This document shows, in pieces, positions 35,070 through 48,759 of a stretch of DNA of 53,933 nt. The notes beneath the pieces were generated by a model. It made no database searches and was not told the DNA's origin. It saw only the letters and a program-made list of their open reading frames with translations. The DNA comes from Prorocentrum cordatum (lineage: Eukaryota), in NCBI GenBank assembly GCA_963575745.1, contig CAUYUJ010000280.1, positions 62,001-115,933 of the forward strand, written 5' to 3'. Made by a program: the position numbers and the translations under genes. The first letter of the stretch is position 1, and each line of letters starts with the position of its first letter.

Positions 35070-35319
35070 GCGGAGCAGGCGGCCTGCCTCGCGAGCGCAT
35101 GCGCGTGCACGGCGCTGGGTGGCCGGGCGCGCGGCGGGACGCCTGGCAGCGCGTCGATCTCGCATGCCCTGGCGAGCACCGAGCGCCAGAAACCTGGACA
35201 CATCGTGCACTTCCGGGCGCCCGCCGGCGGCTTCTCCGCAGGTGCTGGGCGCCCCCCCCCCGCACCCCCGGGCGGCGCCTTTGGGCGCCGCCCCCAGCGC
35301 GCCTCGCGCGTCGGGGAGT

Positions 35320-35423
35320 GGTCGTGTGTGCGTGCGCGTGTGCGTGTGCGTGTGGTCGTGTGCGTGTGGTCGTGTGCGTGTGTGTGCGCGTGTGGTCGTG
35401 TGCGTGTGCGTGTGCGTGTGCGT

Positions 35424-35467
<44 letters not shown>

Positions 35468-36277
35468 GCGTGTGCGTGTGTGTGCGTGTGCGTGTGCGTG
35501 TGCGTGTGTGTCTGTGCGTGTGCGTGTGCGTGTGTGTGTGTGTGTGTGCGTGTGCGTGTGTGTCTGTGTCTGTGTCTGTGCGTGTCTGTGCGTGTGTGCG
35601 TGTGTGCGTGTGCGTGTGCGTGTGCGTGTGTGTGTGGTGTGTGGTGTGTGTGTCGTGTGTGTGTGCTGTGTGTGAGTGTGGTGTGCGTGTGCGTGGCGTG
35701 TGCGTGTGCGTGTGTGCGTGTGTGTGTGTGTGCGTGTGCGTGTGTGTGCTGTGTGTGTGTCTGTGTCTGTGTCTGTGTCTGTGTCTTGTCTGTGTCTGTG
35801 TCTGTGTCTGTGTCTGTGTCTGTGTCTGTGTCTGTGTTTGTGTCTGTATCGTTGGTGTGATGTGCGTGTGGTCTGTGTCTGGGCGTGTGCGTGTGCTGTG
35901 TGTGTGTGTGCGGGTTTGTGTGCGTGTTGTGTCTGTGTCTGTGCGCTGTGTGTGCGAGTGTGGCGTGTTGTGCGTGTGTGCGTGTGGTGTGCGTGTGTGC
36001 GTGTGCGTGTGCGTGTGCGTGTGTGTGTGTGTGTGTGGTGCGTGTGTGCGTGTGTGTGCGCGTGTGCGTGTGCGTGTGCGTGTGCGTGTGCGTGTGCGTG
36101 TGCGTGTGCGTGTGCGTGTTCGTGTGCGTGTGTGTGTGTGTGTGTGTCTGTGTCTGTGTCTGTGTCTGTGTCTGTGTCTGTGTCTGTGTCTGTGTCTGTG
36201 TCTGTGTATGTGTCTGCGTCTGTGTCTGTGTTTGTGTCTGTATCTGTGTGTTCGTGTGTGTGTGTGCGTGTGTCTGT
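35320..36277. repeat. (GT)n/(GTGTGC)n/(GTGTCT)n microsatellite
   Basis: Direct inspection. Confidence 0.95.
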
Positions 36278-37237
36278 GGGGGGGGGTCTGGCAATGGCGA
36301 GTGAAACCGTCCGCAGACGCTTGTTTGCCTCTCGGCTCCGCAGGAACAGACAGCGGGAGTCAGCTTCAACTTGTGTGGGGCTCCCTCGCGCTCGCTTGCT
36401 GCTCCATGGTGTTGTGATATTTGGGCGTCTTGCCCCAGAAAAAGCCCAGGCCATTCTGCTGGGACGGAAGCCCGCCCCAAGAAGAGAACGTCGTTGGTCT
36501 TCCCAGAGCATCGCTTCGCGCGCTCTCCTCCTCGAGGAGCATCGCCAGCAGGGTACGGCTGAGGCGACGAAACCAACAAGCCAGTCAACGTGACCACACG
36601 ACATGCACGGCATGCAGCACAGGTGCCGCTAACCAGAGCACGTGTGCCGCTTCGCTGTCACAGGACTGGGTGTTCAGTCTGTCCCGCGGGCCCGGCCGCG
36701 CGTGCGAGCAGTCCCTCTTTGCTGTGGCGCCGCGTGTCGCTGTCTGCTGGCTCTGCTCCCCTCTCCTCTTGGGGGTCCTTCCAAGAGGCAGCGGTGGAGG
36801 CAGGGGAACCGACGGTGCCGATAGCGGCAGCAAGCACAGCGACGACCACAGCCAGCAGGCCATCTCGGGGGGTTCTGCGGGCTTGGACCCAGGGAGGCCG
36901 GGCGAGGCCGGGGAGGACGCCCCCTGGAGGCTTTGCAGTCGACGCAGCGATGGCCACGACGACGGCGACGACGACGACGAAGACGTCGACGACGACGACG
37001 AAGACGAAGACGACGGCGAAGGCGAAGACGAAGACGTCGACGACGATCATGCCGAGATAGAGAGAGAGAGTAACACATATTTGGATATGTATATATAGAG
37101 AGAGAGAGAGACAGAGAGAGAGATAGAGAGAAACAAAAAAAAGAAAGAAGAGGAGAGGAGAGGATATTGTTACGGAGGAGAGAGGAGGATGAGGAGGAGC
37201 CACCGCCGTCGTCGCCGCCGTCACCGTCTTGTCGTAG

Positions 37238-37375
37238 GTCGTCGTTGGAGGCCGTGGCCGCCGTTGCGGCCCCGCCGCCGGCGCGCGGCGCGTCCTCCCC
37301 CACGAGGAGGAGTTCCGCTACCTGACGCTGACCTTATTGCAGCGCGTGCAGAGCAAGGAGGGCGATGTGGCGGAG
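37238..37375 (+). CDS. Possible exon of an unidentified gene (..VLPHEEEFRYLTLTLLQRVQSKEGDVAE)
   Basis: tag|g acceptor, gag|gc donor, 138 nt in phase 0, coding-like composition between repeat tracts. Confidence 0.3.
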
Positions 37376-37609
37376 GCGAGACGGCCAGCCTCCAGTCTCC
37401 GCATCTCTTCGTTCCTCGTCCCATTCGTTCCTCCTCATTCCTCCCTTTTTTCCTCCGCATGTTCCTCCTGCTCCTGCATTTCCTCCTTTCCATGTTCCTC
37501 CCTCCTCTTCAAGCCTCCTCCCCCTCCTTCTCCTCCTTCGTCTCATCCCCTATCCTCCTTACTTGTTATAATCCTCGTCCGCCTCCTCGTCCTCCTCCGC
37601 TTCAGGGGA

Positions 37610-38437
37610 GGGGCAGGAGGAGGAGGAGGAGGAGGAGGAGGAGGAGGAGGAGCAGGAGGAGGTGGAAGAGCAGGAGGAGGAGGAGGAGGCGCAGGAGGAG
37701 TAGGAGGAGAAGGAGGTGGAGGAGGAGGAGGAGGAGGAGGAGGAGGAGGAGGAGGAGGAGGAGGGGAGCCAATGACTAGGAGGGTTTGGGAAGCTGGAAG
37801 AGTAGGAGAAGGAGAACGAGGAGCAGTGAGGATGAGTTGTATGAGGAGGAGTGGGAATGACGAGGATGATAATGAGATGATGGTGATGCTGCTGCTGCTG
37901 AGGAGGAGGAGGAGGAGGAGGAGGAGGAGGAGAGGAGGAGGAGGAGGAGGAGGAGGAGGAGGAGGAGGAGGAGGAGGAGGAGGAGAGGAGGAGGAGGAGG
38001 AGGAGGAGGAGGAGGAGGAGAGGAGGAGGAGGAGGAGGAGGAGGAGGAGGAGGAGGAGGAGGAGGAGGAGGATGCGAGGAAGGAGGAGGAGGAGGAGGAG
38101 TAGGAGGAGGAGGAGGGAGGAGGAGGGAGGAGGAGGAGGAGGAGGATGAGGAGGAGGAGGAGAGGAGGAGGAGGAGGAGGAGGAGGAGGGGGGGGAGGAG
38201 AAGGAGGAGGAGGAGGAGGAGGGGGAGGAGGAGCAGGAGGAGGAGCAGGAGGGCGAGGGGGGAAGGAGGAGGAGGAGGAGGAGGAGGAGGAGGAGGAGGA
38301 GGAGGAGAGGAGGAGGAGGAGGGAGGAGGAGGAGGAGGAGGAGGAGGAGGAGGAGGGAGGAGGAGGAGGGAGGGAGGAGGGAGGAGGAGGAGGAGGAGAG
38401 GAGGATGGATGATGATGTGAGATGATGATGATGATGA

Positions 38438-38487
<50 letters not shown>

Positions 38488-38963
38488 GGAGGATGATGAT
38501 GATGATGGATGATGAGCTGATGCTGATGCTGATGCGATGATGATGATGATGGATGATGATGATGATGATGAGATGAGAGGAGGAGGAGGAGGAGGAGGAG
38601 GAGGAGGAGGAGGAGGAGGAGGAGGAGGAGGGGCGCCCGACTGGATGCACATCTGCCGGTGGTGCCCCCTCGTGCAGCGCTGCGGGGCACGGGCGCGGCC
38701 GATGTGATCCTGGAAACGCTCCTGGCAGAGAATGCCATGATCAGGAGGAGGAGGCGGAGGAGGAACAAGAGCAGGAGGAGGATGAGGAGGAGGAGCAGGA
38801 GGAGGAGCAGGAGGAGCAGGAGGAAGAGGAGGAGCATGGGGAGGAGGGTGGGGGAGGAGGGAGGAGGAGGGAGGAGGCGGAGGGAGGCGGAGGAGCTGGA
38901 GAAATAAGAAGGAGAGAAGAGGCGGAGGAGGCGGAGGAGGAGGAGAAGGAGAAGGCGTATGAG

Positions 38964-38998
<35 letters not shown>

Positions 38999-39698
38999 GG
39001 AGGAGGAGGAGGAGGAGTCAGGAGGAGGCGGAGGAGCAGGAGGAGGAGGAGCAAGAAGAGGCGCAGGAGGAGCAGAAAGGGTGAAGCGGAGCAGGCGGAG
39101 GAGGAGGAGGAGGAAGAGGCGGAGGAGGATCATGAGGAGGAGGAGCAGCATGAGGAGGAGGGGCAGGAATATGAGGAGGAAGAGGAGGAGAAGGAGCAGC
39201 AACAGGAGGCTGAACAGGAAGAGTGAAGAGACGGATGGGGAGGATGAGGAGGAGGAGGAGGAGGAGCAGGAGGAGGAACAGGAGGAGGATGATGAGGAGG
39301 ACGAGGAGGAGGAGGAGGAGGAGGAGGACGAGGAGGAGGAAGAGGAGGAGGAGGAGGAGGAGGAGAAGGAGGCGGAGGAGGAAGAAGGAGAGCATACGGT
39401 GGATGCGGAGGACGAGCAGGAAGAGGAGCAGGAGGGGAGGAACATCAGGAGGAGGCGGAGGAGGAGGAGGAGGACCACAGTGAGGAGGACGAGCAGTAGG
39501 AGAAGGAGGAGGAGGAGACGGATCCAGAGCAACATGCGTATGAGGAGGAGGAAGTTGAGCAGGAGGATGCGGAGATGGAGGAGGCGGCGGAGGAGGAGGA
39601 AGAGGAGGAGGAAGCGGAGGAGGAGAGGAGAGGAGAAGGAGCAGGAACACGATCAGGATGAGGAGGAGGAGGAGAAGGACAAGTGATGATGATGATGC

Positions 39699-39751
<53 letters not shown>

Positions 39752-40146
39752 CTGATGATGCTGCTGCTGATGCTGATGATGTTGATGATGCTGATGATGT
39801 TGGTGATGATGATGCTGCTGATGCTGATGACGATGATGAGGCTGATGATGATGATGCTGACGCTGACGCTGATGCTGATGATGATGCTGATGCTGATGAC
39901 GATGCTGATGCTGATGATGATGTTGTTGATGCTGATGATGGTGATGATGATGATGATGGTGATGTTGAAGAAGAGGATGATGATGACGCTGTTGATGATG
40001 ATGATGATGACGGTCATGATGCTGATGCTGATGATGATGATGATGCTGCTGATGATGCTGCTGATGATGATGATGACGACGATGATGATGATGATGGTGA
40101 TGATGATGATGATGATTGATGATGGTGATGCTGATGATGATGATGT

Positions 40147-40190
<44 letters not shown>

Positions 40191-41060
40191 CTGATGGTGA
40201 TGATGATGATGATGATGATGATGATTGATGATGATGATGATGATGATGAGATTGATGATGTTGATGATGATGTGAGATGATGGTGTGATGGTGATGGCGA
40301 TGGTGATTGGTGATGGTGATGATGATGGTGATGATGATGATGAGGATGAGGAGGAGGAGGAGGAGGAGGAGGAGGAGGTGGATGAGGACGAGGACGAAAG
40401 AGGAGTAGGAAGAGGAGGAGGAAGAGAAACGATCAGGAGGCGGAGGCGGAGGTGGGGAGGAGGAGGAGGAGACGGGAGGAAGAGGAGGAGGAAGATGCGG
40501 AGGAAGAGGAAGACGAGAGGCATAACAAGTGAGGAGGAGGAGGAGGAGGAACAGGAGGAGGAGGAGGAGGAGGAGGAGGCGGAGGAGGAGGAGGAGGAAC
40601 AGCAGGACCAGGAAGGAGGAGGGAAAGCGAGGAGCAGGACGAGTGAGGAGGAAGCGGCGGAGGAGGCAGGAGCAGCAGCAGCAGCAGCAGGAGCTGTGAT
40701 GAGGGGAGAATGCGGATGAGAGGCAGCAGGAGGAGGAGCAGGAAGAGGAGGAGCAGGAAGAGGAGGAGGAGGAGGAGGAGGAGGAGGAGGAGCAGGAGCA
40801 GGAGCAGGAGCAGGAGGAGCAGGAGGAGGCGGAGCAGGAGGAGGAGGCGGAGCAGGGGGAGGAGGAGCAGGAAGAGTGAGGAGGAGGAGGAGGAGCAGGA
40901 GGAGCAGGAGGAGCAGGAGGAGCAGGAGGAGGAGGAGGAGGAGCAGGAAGAGTGAGGAGGAGGAGGCGGAGAAGGAGCAGGAGGAGGAGGAGGAGGAGGA
41001 GGAGGAGGAGGAGGAGGAGGAGAAGGAGATGCAGGAGGAGGAGGAAGAGGAGGAGGAGGC
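37610..41060. repeat. Compound (GAG)n/(GAT)n microsatellite block
   Basis: About 3.4 kb with a short complex island at 38631-38742. Confidence 0.95.
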
Positions 41061-41083
41061 GGAACAGCCCTGCCCGCCGCCAG

Positions 41084-41317
41084 GCGGCCTGCGCCGACTC
41101 CGACGTGCCGTCGGGTGCAAATCCTAGCCCGTGGGATGTAATCCTCCGCCTTTTTGGGTGCAATGCCCACCGTTTGCGGGTACAGTGCTCAGTCTTTCGG
41201 GCGCGATGCCCAGACTTCCCCAAAAGGCCGCGGGTGCAGGACCAGGACGCGCAGCTGTGCGCGGGCCTCACCGATTATGCCAGTGGTTTCATAGAGTCTC
41301 TGGAGCTATTGGGCTAA
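41084..41317 (+). CDS. Possible exon(s) of an unidentified gene (AACADSDVPS...DQDAQLCAGLTDYASGFIESLELLG*)
   Basis: ccag|gcg acceptor after a long GAG tract; open to TAA; no recognisable domain. Confidence 0.2.
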   Translation, partial: AACADSDVPSGANPSPWDVILRLFGCNAHRLRVQCSVFRARCPDFPKRPRVQDQDAQLCAGLTDYASGFIESLELLG

Positions 41318-41872
41318 CAGGAGGATAAGCCAAAGGAGCTTCAAGGACAGATCCCCCTGCCCGTTCCCGCTGCCATTTCTTCATGTTGATACATGCCCCT
41401 TGTCCTAGTCCTCGCCGTCGTCTTCCTCGCCGTCGTCGCGCCTGCTTCGCGCATCTCTACCCCCATGAGTTGCATTCGTCGCAGTCGTTTCTTCGCCGTC
41501 CGCGTCGACGTGGCAGGGTTTTTGCGCGACTGTCCGCCTGAACGACCTCGGGTTCCAAGTCGCGCGCGCGTCAGCTGGGCCGGGCGAGTCCATGACGCAG
41601 GTTCCCGCGTCGACCGAGCGCTCCAGTCGGGCCGCCCCAGTCTTCTTCCTTGGAATCTACGTGGCAACTCGCAGTGGCGGGCCAGCACCAGTCGGCCGCG
41701 TCGTCGTCCGAGCGAAGTCAACCCCACCCTCCCCCTCAGAAATCGCGGGGGGTAGGGTTAGGGTTCGGCCCCCTAGTCGTGGCCAAGGGTGCCGCGAGCG
41801 CGTCTCATGCGGGCAAACCTTTCTGGCGCGCGGTTCCAGGTGGCGCGCCGACGTCGGCGCGCGCGCCGTGGC

Positions 41873-42015
41873 CTTGGCGTCGCTCGGACGTGTGCATTTT
41901 TCCTTCGGCGAGGACCATCGAGGAACACCCTTGATCAGATGGCGAAAGAACCGCGCGCGAAACTGAAAAAAAAAAAAAAAAAAAAAAAGGGAATGGACGT
42001 CCGAGCGATGGCGAG
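41873..42015. mobile_element. MITE with CATCGCTCGGACGT TIR, copy 2
   Basis: CTTGGCGTCGCTCGGACGT ... ACGTCCGAGCGATGGCGAG; 5-bp TSD GTGGC. Confidence 0.75.
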
Positions 42016-43665
42016 GTGGCGCGCACGTGGAATCAGCGAGAAGCACCTGGACTACAAGGTGGAGTTGCGCTGCGCAGAGTGCAGGGTGCGGCGCGGGGCC
42101 CCGCGCTGATACACATTGCGTGAGTAGTAATGCTTGACCATGCGCGCGCAGCGCTTTAGCCCGACATCTGTTGACCGATTCTGCCCTGCTTCCCATTACG
42201 GCCCTGCCTCCTATTACGGCGGCGCTTGAGAGGAGAACAAATCGAGGGCACGTTGCCCAGATAAGTGGAAATGCGCGATTGAGGCCGTCCGTGAGCGGGT
42301 GGGGCGGCTAGAAAGAAAGTGCAACATCGTGGCGTGTGAAACATGTGGAGTTGTCTCGTCTGCTCGTCTGTCGTAGCAGTTCTGCTTCAATCATTGACGC
42401 TTCGCGCATCCCAGCCAACCCATCCAGAAACGCATCGCCAGGCGATTTGCCTTCATTTGGGAAGTGTAGAAACATGCAACGTAACAGCCGCTTTGGTGTT
42501 TCTCGGATGCCTTTAGGAACCATCTTGGGTCTCTCCTGGGGTTTTCGCGGAGCCTGTTGGGGGCACTGTGTGGACTCTTTTGGGCTCTTTTAGGGTGTCT
42601 TGGGACCCTCATGTTTTTTTGTTCTTGTTTTTTTTGGGGGGGGGTCCGGCGGTCCGGGAGGCTCCTGGGGGCAAGCATTTGCGTTTTCAATCCCCCTTGG
42701 GGCGATTTTGGGCGTATTGGGTTTTTTGTTTGGGCCCTATTGGGCCCCTCTTGCGGCTCTCTTGGGCCATCTTGGGGCCATCCTGAGGCTCCCCCCAAGC
42801 CCATCGGAAGCGAAAAGACGAGAAGGCAAACAAGTGTTTCCTCTCAGGTTTCGGGGCCATTCTTGATGCTTCAGAGGTTTTGGAGGGCTCGGAGAGCAGT
42901 TGAAAACGTCTTGGGGCCGATTTGAGGCTTCGTAGATGTGTATCGGGGGCTATAGTATTGCGCCATGTTTGATTTTTGGGACCACTTGGGAGGCCATCTT
43001 GCGTTCGCTGAGGGCCTCCTGGAGCCATCTTGGGCCATCTTGCGCGCTCGAGCCCCTCGCGGGGCGCCCCGTCCAAACCCGGGGGAAGGGGGGAGGGGGG
43101 GCAAACCCTTCCCCCGAGCATGGGAAGGCAAAGTCGTAGGAAGAGAGAAGGCAAGAGTTCGTTACGTACACCACTTACGCCCACAGGACTGGTGGGATTC
43201 GGCATTCAGCCTGTAGCCCCCCTCGCTCTCGCCGCCCCTGCTCGTTGTCCCCCGCGGTGGCAGGTCTTCCGAGGCGGACAGGCACGAGCGGGCCCGCAAG
43301 GTGCAGACGGCCATCCTAAAGGGGCAGCCCGCGCGCGCCACGCTGCCAACCAAACAGTTGTCTGGCACAAAGCTTTGCCGGTGCACAGCGAAAATCGAGG
43401 CAGGGCACGCTTCCATTCGGCGCGACCTGTTCGCGTCGACTACGCAACCCACGCCGTGACCATCCTCGCTCGACCTGGGTACGAAGCACATGCAGCGGGC
43501 TTGGCGGAGGATTCGGCGAGAGAGCGGTTGTCGCAGGTTGCGCGCGGGGGTTCCAGGGCGAAGGGTCGGTGGCGCCGGCCCGCTCGTCTGTTCGATCGAG
43601 TGCGCAGTTCGTTTGGGTTAGGTTCGGCCACTGTCTCCGCTCTTCCCCCCTTTTTCCCCCATCCG

Positions 43666-43880
43666 CTCTGGACGCCTGGAATGGGCACGGAAGGAATGGG
43701 TACAATGCCCAACAGCAGTTCTTGCTCATCTTGAACAGGGGTCGCTGTCCGCGCCTCCGCGGCCTGTGTCCATTTGAGACAGAAGGCCGCCTGCCAAACA
43801 GCGGCCGCCGTTGGTTTGAGACAACTTTTGTTGTTGGGCATTGTGCCCATTCTTTCCGTACCCATTTCGGGCGTCCAAAG
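43666..43880. mobile_element. 215-bp TIR element flanked by about 54-bp direct repeats
   Basis: About 58-bp TIRs (CT.TGGACGCC.G.AATGGG.ACGGAA.GAATGGG.ACAATGCCCAACA); direct repeats at 43612-43665 and 43881-43935. Confidence 0.7.
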
Positions 43881-45713
43881 TTTGGGTGAGGTTCGGCCAC
43901 TGTTTCCGCTCTTCCCCCCTTCTCCCCCCCCTCCGCAGGCGTCGCTGACGAGCGGGGGGTCACGTGAACAAGAAGTCCTCGAATGGAGATCGGTGGCGAA
44001 GGTGGCGAAAGAAACTCAAAGTCCGCCTTGTGGCCCGGGGCGCCCCTTGCTTTTCAGGGGGCTACCCCCGGTCGACCTGGCGCGCAAAAGTCCCGAGCTC
44101 TTCGCGCGCGCCGCAGTCGAGATTGTCGGGTTGCCAAAGTTGGTGGCGGTGGGGGCGGCGAGTGCGCAGCGCGCCAGCGCGCTGCAGAGCAGCGGCAGCT
44201 TCGGAGCAGTCACTCGGGCAAAGGCAGCCACGCGGCGGGCTTCACCATACTCCAACTGGGCTGCTTTGCTTGGCGCTGTTCCAATTGGGAGCGCCAGATG
44301 CGCGAGTCGAAGTTCGACCCGACACGCCCCGTGAAAGAGTTGTCCGGCCTTGCTGCAGTGAGCGCCGCCCGCGCTCTTCCCGCATCGCCCACGCAGCAAC
44401 CCAAGGCGCCTCGGGCTACGAGTCGTCGGGCGAGTTGGCGGCGCAAGGGCGGCAGCTGAACGCGCCGCAAGGGTCGCGCGGAATTGTTGCGCCCGCGTTG
44501 CCCAGGCCGAACAAGATAAGTTTAGATGGCCTCGCGGGTGCTTCATCGAAACAGACGAGGCATCAATGCGCGCTTGCCGCGTACAGTGCCCGTCGGACTG
44601 CTCGGGCAAAAGGTGTACGAAACACCCCCAGGGCGACGTCGGATATAGCATCGCCGATTTATGTGCGTGTGCCCTCGGGGGCAGCGGCGGTTGGCGATGT
44701 TCTTCGAGCTGCCTGAACTTGCCTGCGCACATGCGGGGGAGGGGGTCGCATCGCTCGGCGGGCCCGATTGCGACGAGATCCTCTCTCAGGTTCTCGCGAC
44801 GGGCAACGTTACGCTTGTAACCGATGGCGCAAGCGCGCCGATCCGCGGCTGCAAGAAACCGCGCTGCATGCCGCGACCAGGTTGGGGGCTTTCCTTCAGT
44901 TGAAGTCGGTTAAACCCTTATCACCCGTATCTGAAGCTGTCTCACACCATAGTGCCCCGCGATGAAGGACAGCGGGCTATCGTCGACCGCGCCCGCGCGG
45001 GCGCACCGAGATGATCTTCTTTAAAAAGACACGCAGGTTGTCGACGGCCTGTGGCCTTAGATGCGCCGGGCCATCCCGGACAGCGCGCACGCCTCCGGCT
45101 CGCAGCATTGCCGTTCATATTTGTGGGCTTAGGCGTGGCTCGTGTGGGGGCCAGGACATGACCTGCTATTGGAATTTGGGAAAACTGTTCGCGCAGAGCG
45201 AGATGGCAATGATGTCGGCGTCCCCAGAACATACTTATACTATGTGTTCGTCGCCCCCCCAGGGGCGACGCGCGCACCGAGAAATCTTGTAGTATATGCG
45301 TCGTGGCGGGCGCTTTCTGGCCACACCGCTCGAGAAACGATATATTATAAGATGGGTATACTATATGTTCGGGTCGGACGCGCGCCTCCAAGGCGGACAT
45401 ATAGTATTAGTATGTCTCTGTGCGTCCCATGATGTGTTCCCATCAAGAGTGCATCTCGCCCGCGGGCACAAAGCGCGGTTTGCGACCGCCCGTGCGTAGT
45501 TTGCGCGGCGTCTTGCTTCCGTGAAAAACTTCGATAGCGCCCAGGCCTGCATCCAGCCTGGCGCGGGAGGAGGACGAGGATGGTGACGATGATATTGACG
45601 ACGATGACAATGACGACGGCGGTGATTATGTTGTTGATGATGATGGTGGTGATGGCGATGGTGGCGATGGTGTTGTTGATGATGATGATGCGGATGATGA
45701 TGATGATGATGAC

Positions 45714-45745
<32 letters not shown>

Positions 45746-47506
45746 CGGTTGTGATGATTATGATGGTGGTAGTGATGGGAAAAAGAGGATGACCATCGAT
45801 AGGAACGAGACGGATGTGGAGGGGCAGGGTTGATGAGGACGTATATCAGCAGCGCGGGAAGGAGCAGGGCTTGGATAAGGCAGCTTCTTGATCGCCCAGC
45901 CCGCCGCCATTCTTGTTTTTTTCCTGAAGCGCAAAGCCGCCCCCCTTGCCCTGCGAGGTTGCCGGGGAGGCCGGCGATTTCAACTTAGAGAAGTTCCGCA
46001 CACTTTTGTCGAGGCACGCCAGTGGATCGACGACGACTACTATCACTATGATCGAGACCACGGCCGCGACGGCCACGACCACGACGACGGCGACGACGAT
46101 GGCAACGGCGCTTACGACGACGACCGCGTCGACGACCACGGCGGCGGCGGCGACGTCGACGCCGCGGCCCCCTTGCGAGGAGTCCAGAGGAGAGACGGCC
46201 AGCGGTTCCAGGAGTACCAGGCGGCGCATGGGCGCGAAGGTAAGTCTCGCCTTGCGCCCCGCGGCCTGGGCCTCCGAGGTTTCCCACATGTTCTGTCAGT
46301 CCCAGCCAGGGTTTACTGGCAATGTCAAAGCAACGTGCGGCCCAAGCCGAGCCATCAATCCGTGCTTTTGTCTAGCAAGCGCCAGCTCGCTCCAAAGGCA
46401 CCCGATTCGCGCTGCTGTGCGATACTCGGTTCCTTCAGCCCCGGCGTTTCTCATTCGACCCGGCTCCTGGGAGGCACTTCTGGGCCCCCGGGCCATCGAA
46501 GACGGATCCCCTCCAAAACGGACCTGGGACGAATGGCTGCCGCCTCCAGGAGGAGGAGGAGGAGGAGGAGGAGGAGGAGGAGGAGGAGGAGGAGGAGAAG
46601 AAGGAGGAGGAGGAGGAGGAAGAGGAGGAGGAGGAGGAGGAGGAGGAGGAGGAGGAGGAGGAGGGGAGGGGGAGGAGGGGAAAGGGTCGGGAATTCTGGG
46701 GCCGCGACCTCCACAATTTGGCTCGGCCGCGCCCCGTGCGCCACGGCCAGGGCCCTCGGGGAGGCGGGCTCGGGCGTCTGGGCCTCCGGCGGCCCCTTGG
46801 GGCGGCGCGAGGGCGCGGGGATTTGGCCCGCGCCGCGCGCCTGTCGCGCGCCGCGGGGGCGCGAGGTCGAGCGGCCCGGGCGGCAGAGGCGGGGGGGGGG
46901 GGGGCGGCACGGCCGGCAGGGGAGAGGCCAGGCGGCCCGGGGCGAGCGAGGACCCTCGGCCGCGGGGAGGGGGGAGCAGGCCAGAGGATGGCCGGGGGGG
47001 GAGGGCGAGGCGAGGGAGGGAGAGCAGGCCAGAGGGGACGGGGAGAGCACGCCAGAGGGGCGGAGCGGTCTGGAGGGCGGGGGCTCGGTCGGGGGAGGGG
47101 CAACGGCGAGGATCCCAGGTGGAGGGGGGGCGGAGGTTCTCGAGGCGCCGGCAGGCTCGTCTTTGGAGCAGGTCGCCGGGCCAGAGGAGGGCCACGTCGA
47201 CGGGCGCTTGTCTTGAAGCCCAGGGGCCAGGGGCGGACGGAGGAGAGGGAGGGTTCTGCTTGGACTCCGGGTCGCTGCACGACAGAGCGACATCTCGCTG
47301 GAGTGGCAGTTGGCACTGGGCGCGCGGTAGTCGTGACCTTTGGTGCGCGGCCTTCGGGGGGCGCTTGGGGGGGGATCAAGCCCACGCGCGCAGGCCGCCG
47401 CTGTCGTGTCGCATGATCGGCAGGCCGCGTACCAACGGTCGTTCTTACCTGGGCTTGCTCCTCAACCATATGCATGTACAACTTTGCTCCTCAACCAGCA
47501 GGCGCG

Positions 47507-47950
<444 letters not shown>

Positions 47951-48759
47951 CGGAGGGTCCAGACCTCCGACGACTTGATGTTCGAGTCGCGTGCCCATGG
48001 GCCTTTCGACTCCCTCGGGGCCGCTCTGGCTTATGCCGTGCTTCTTTCTCGTGGCCCCGGGGCTGGACGCCGGCAGCTGTGGAACAGGAGTCGGCGACTA
48101 CGGAGGGTGTGGTGACGCCGGGGTGTGGTTTGCGATCGGCAGGTGCCCCCCAGGGTGCTCCCCAGGGTGCCTGTTGCAGACCACGCCAGCCCTTTGCGAG
48201 GCGCCAGGCGCTGCTCTTGCTCGGCGCGCCAGAGGCCTGGGCCCCTGGACCTGGAGGCCTTGCGGGGCCCCTGGGGGTCTGAGGAGGTCCCCGGCTGTCT
48301 CTGTGTGAGGCTGGCTCCCTGGGGTTCTTGCAGGGAGGTCGAGCACATGGTGCCCTCGATCCTCGAGGAGGCGGGGGTAGGGACCGGCTGGCGGACGGAG
48401 GGGCGAGTGGCCTTTCCGGGGGGAGGGGCAGGGGGAAGAGGGTGGAGAGAAGCTTGGGGGGCAGGGGGGCGTTCTCGTAGATTCCGGGGGGTGCTCCGCA
48501 GAATCGTTCCAGGGTGCAGCTCCTGCGAGTCCGCCCTGACCCCCCCTAGACCCTAAGCTCATCCTTCCTCCTCCATCCCTCTCCCTCTCCCTTCAGGGGA
48601 CTCGTCCCTTGCCAGAGCAGGCACGCTGCATGCTGCAGCGTTTGGCCCGAGCCAGTGCACTTTTGACTCACAGGCTCGGCGTACCAGGAGAAACGTAACG
48701 AATCTCCCACCCCTTCCGGGTCACGCCAGGGCCCTGCCGGTCGCTAGCAATGGCTTGGC

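Noticed and set aside
34111..36613. 828-aa and 593-aa minus-strand ORFs
   Set aside because: Mostly (CA)n translation and antisense of the real exon; only the last about 70 aa (EEP fragment) is meaningful
37543..41271. Poly-P/L/S/E/D/M ORFs
   Set aside because: GAG/GAT microsatellite artefacts
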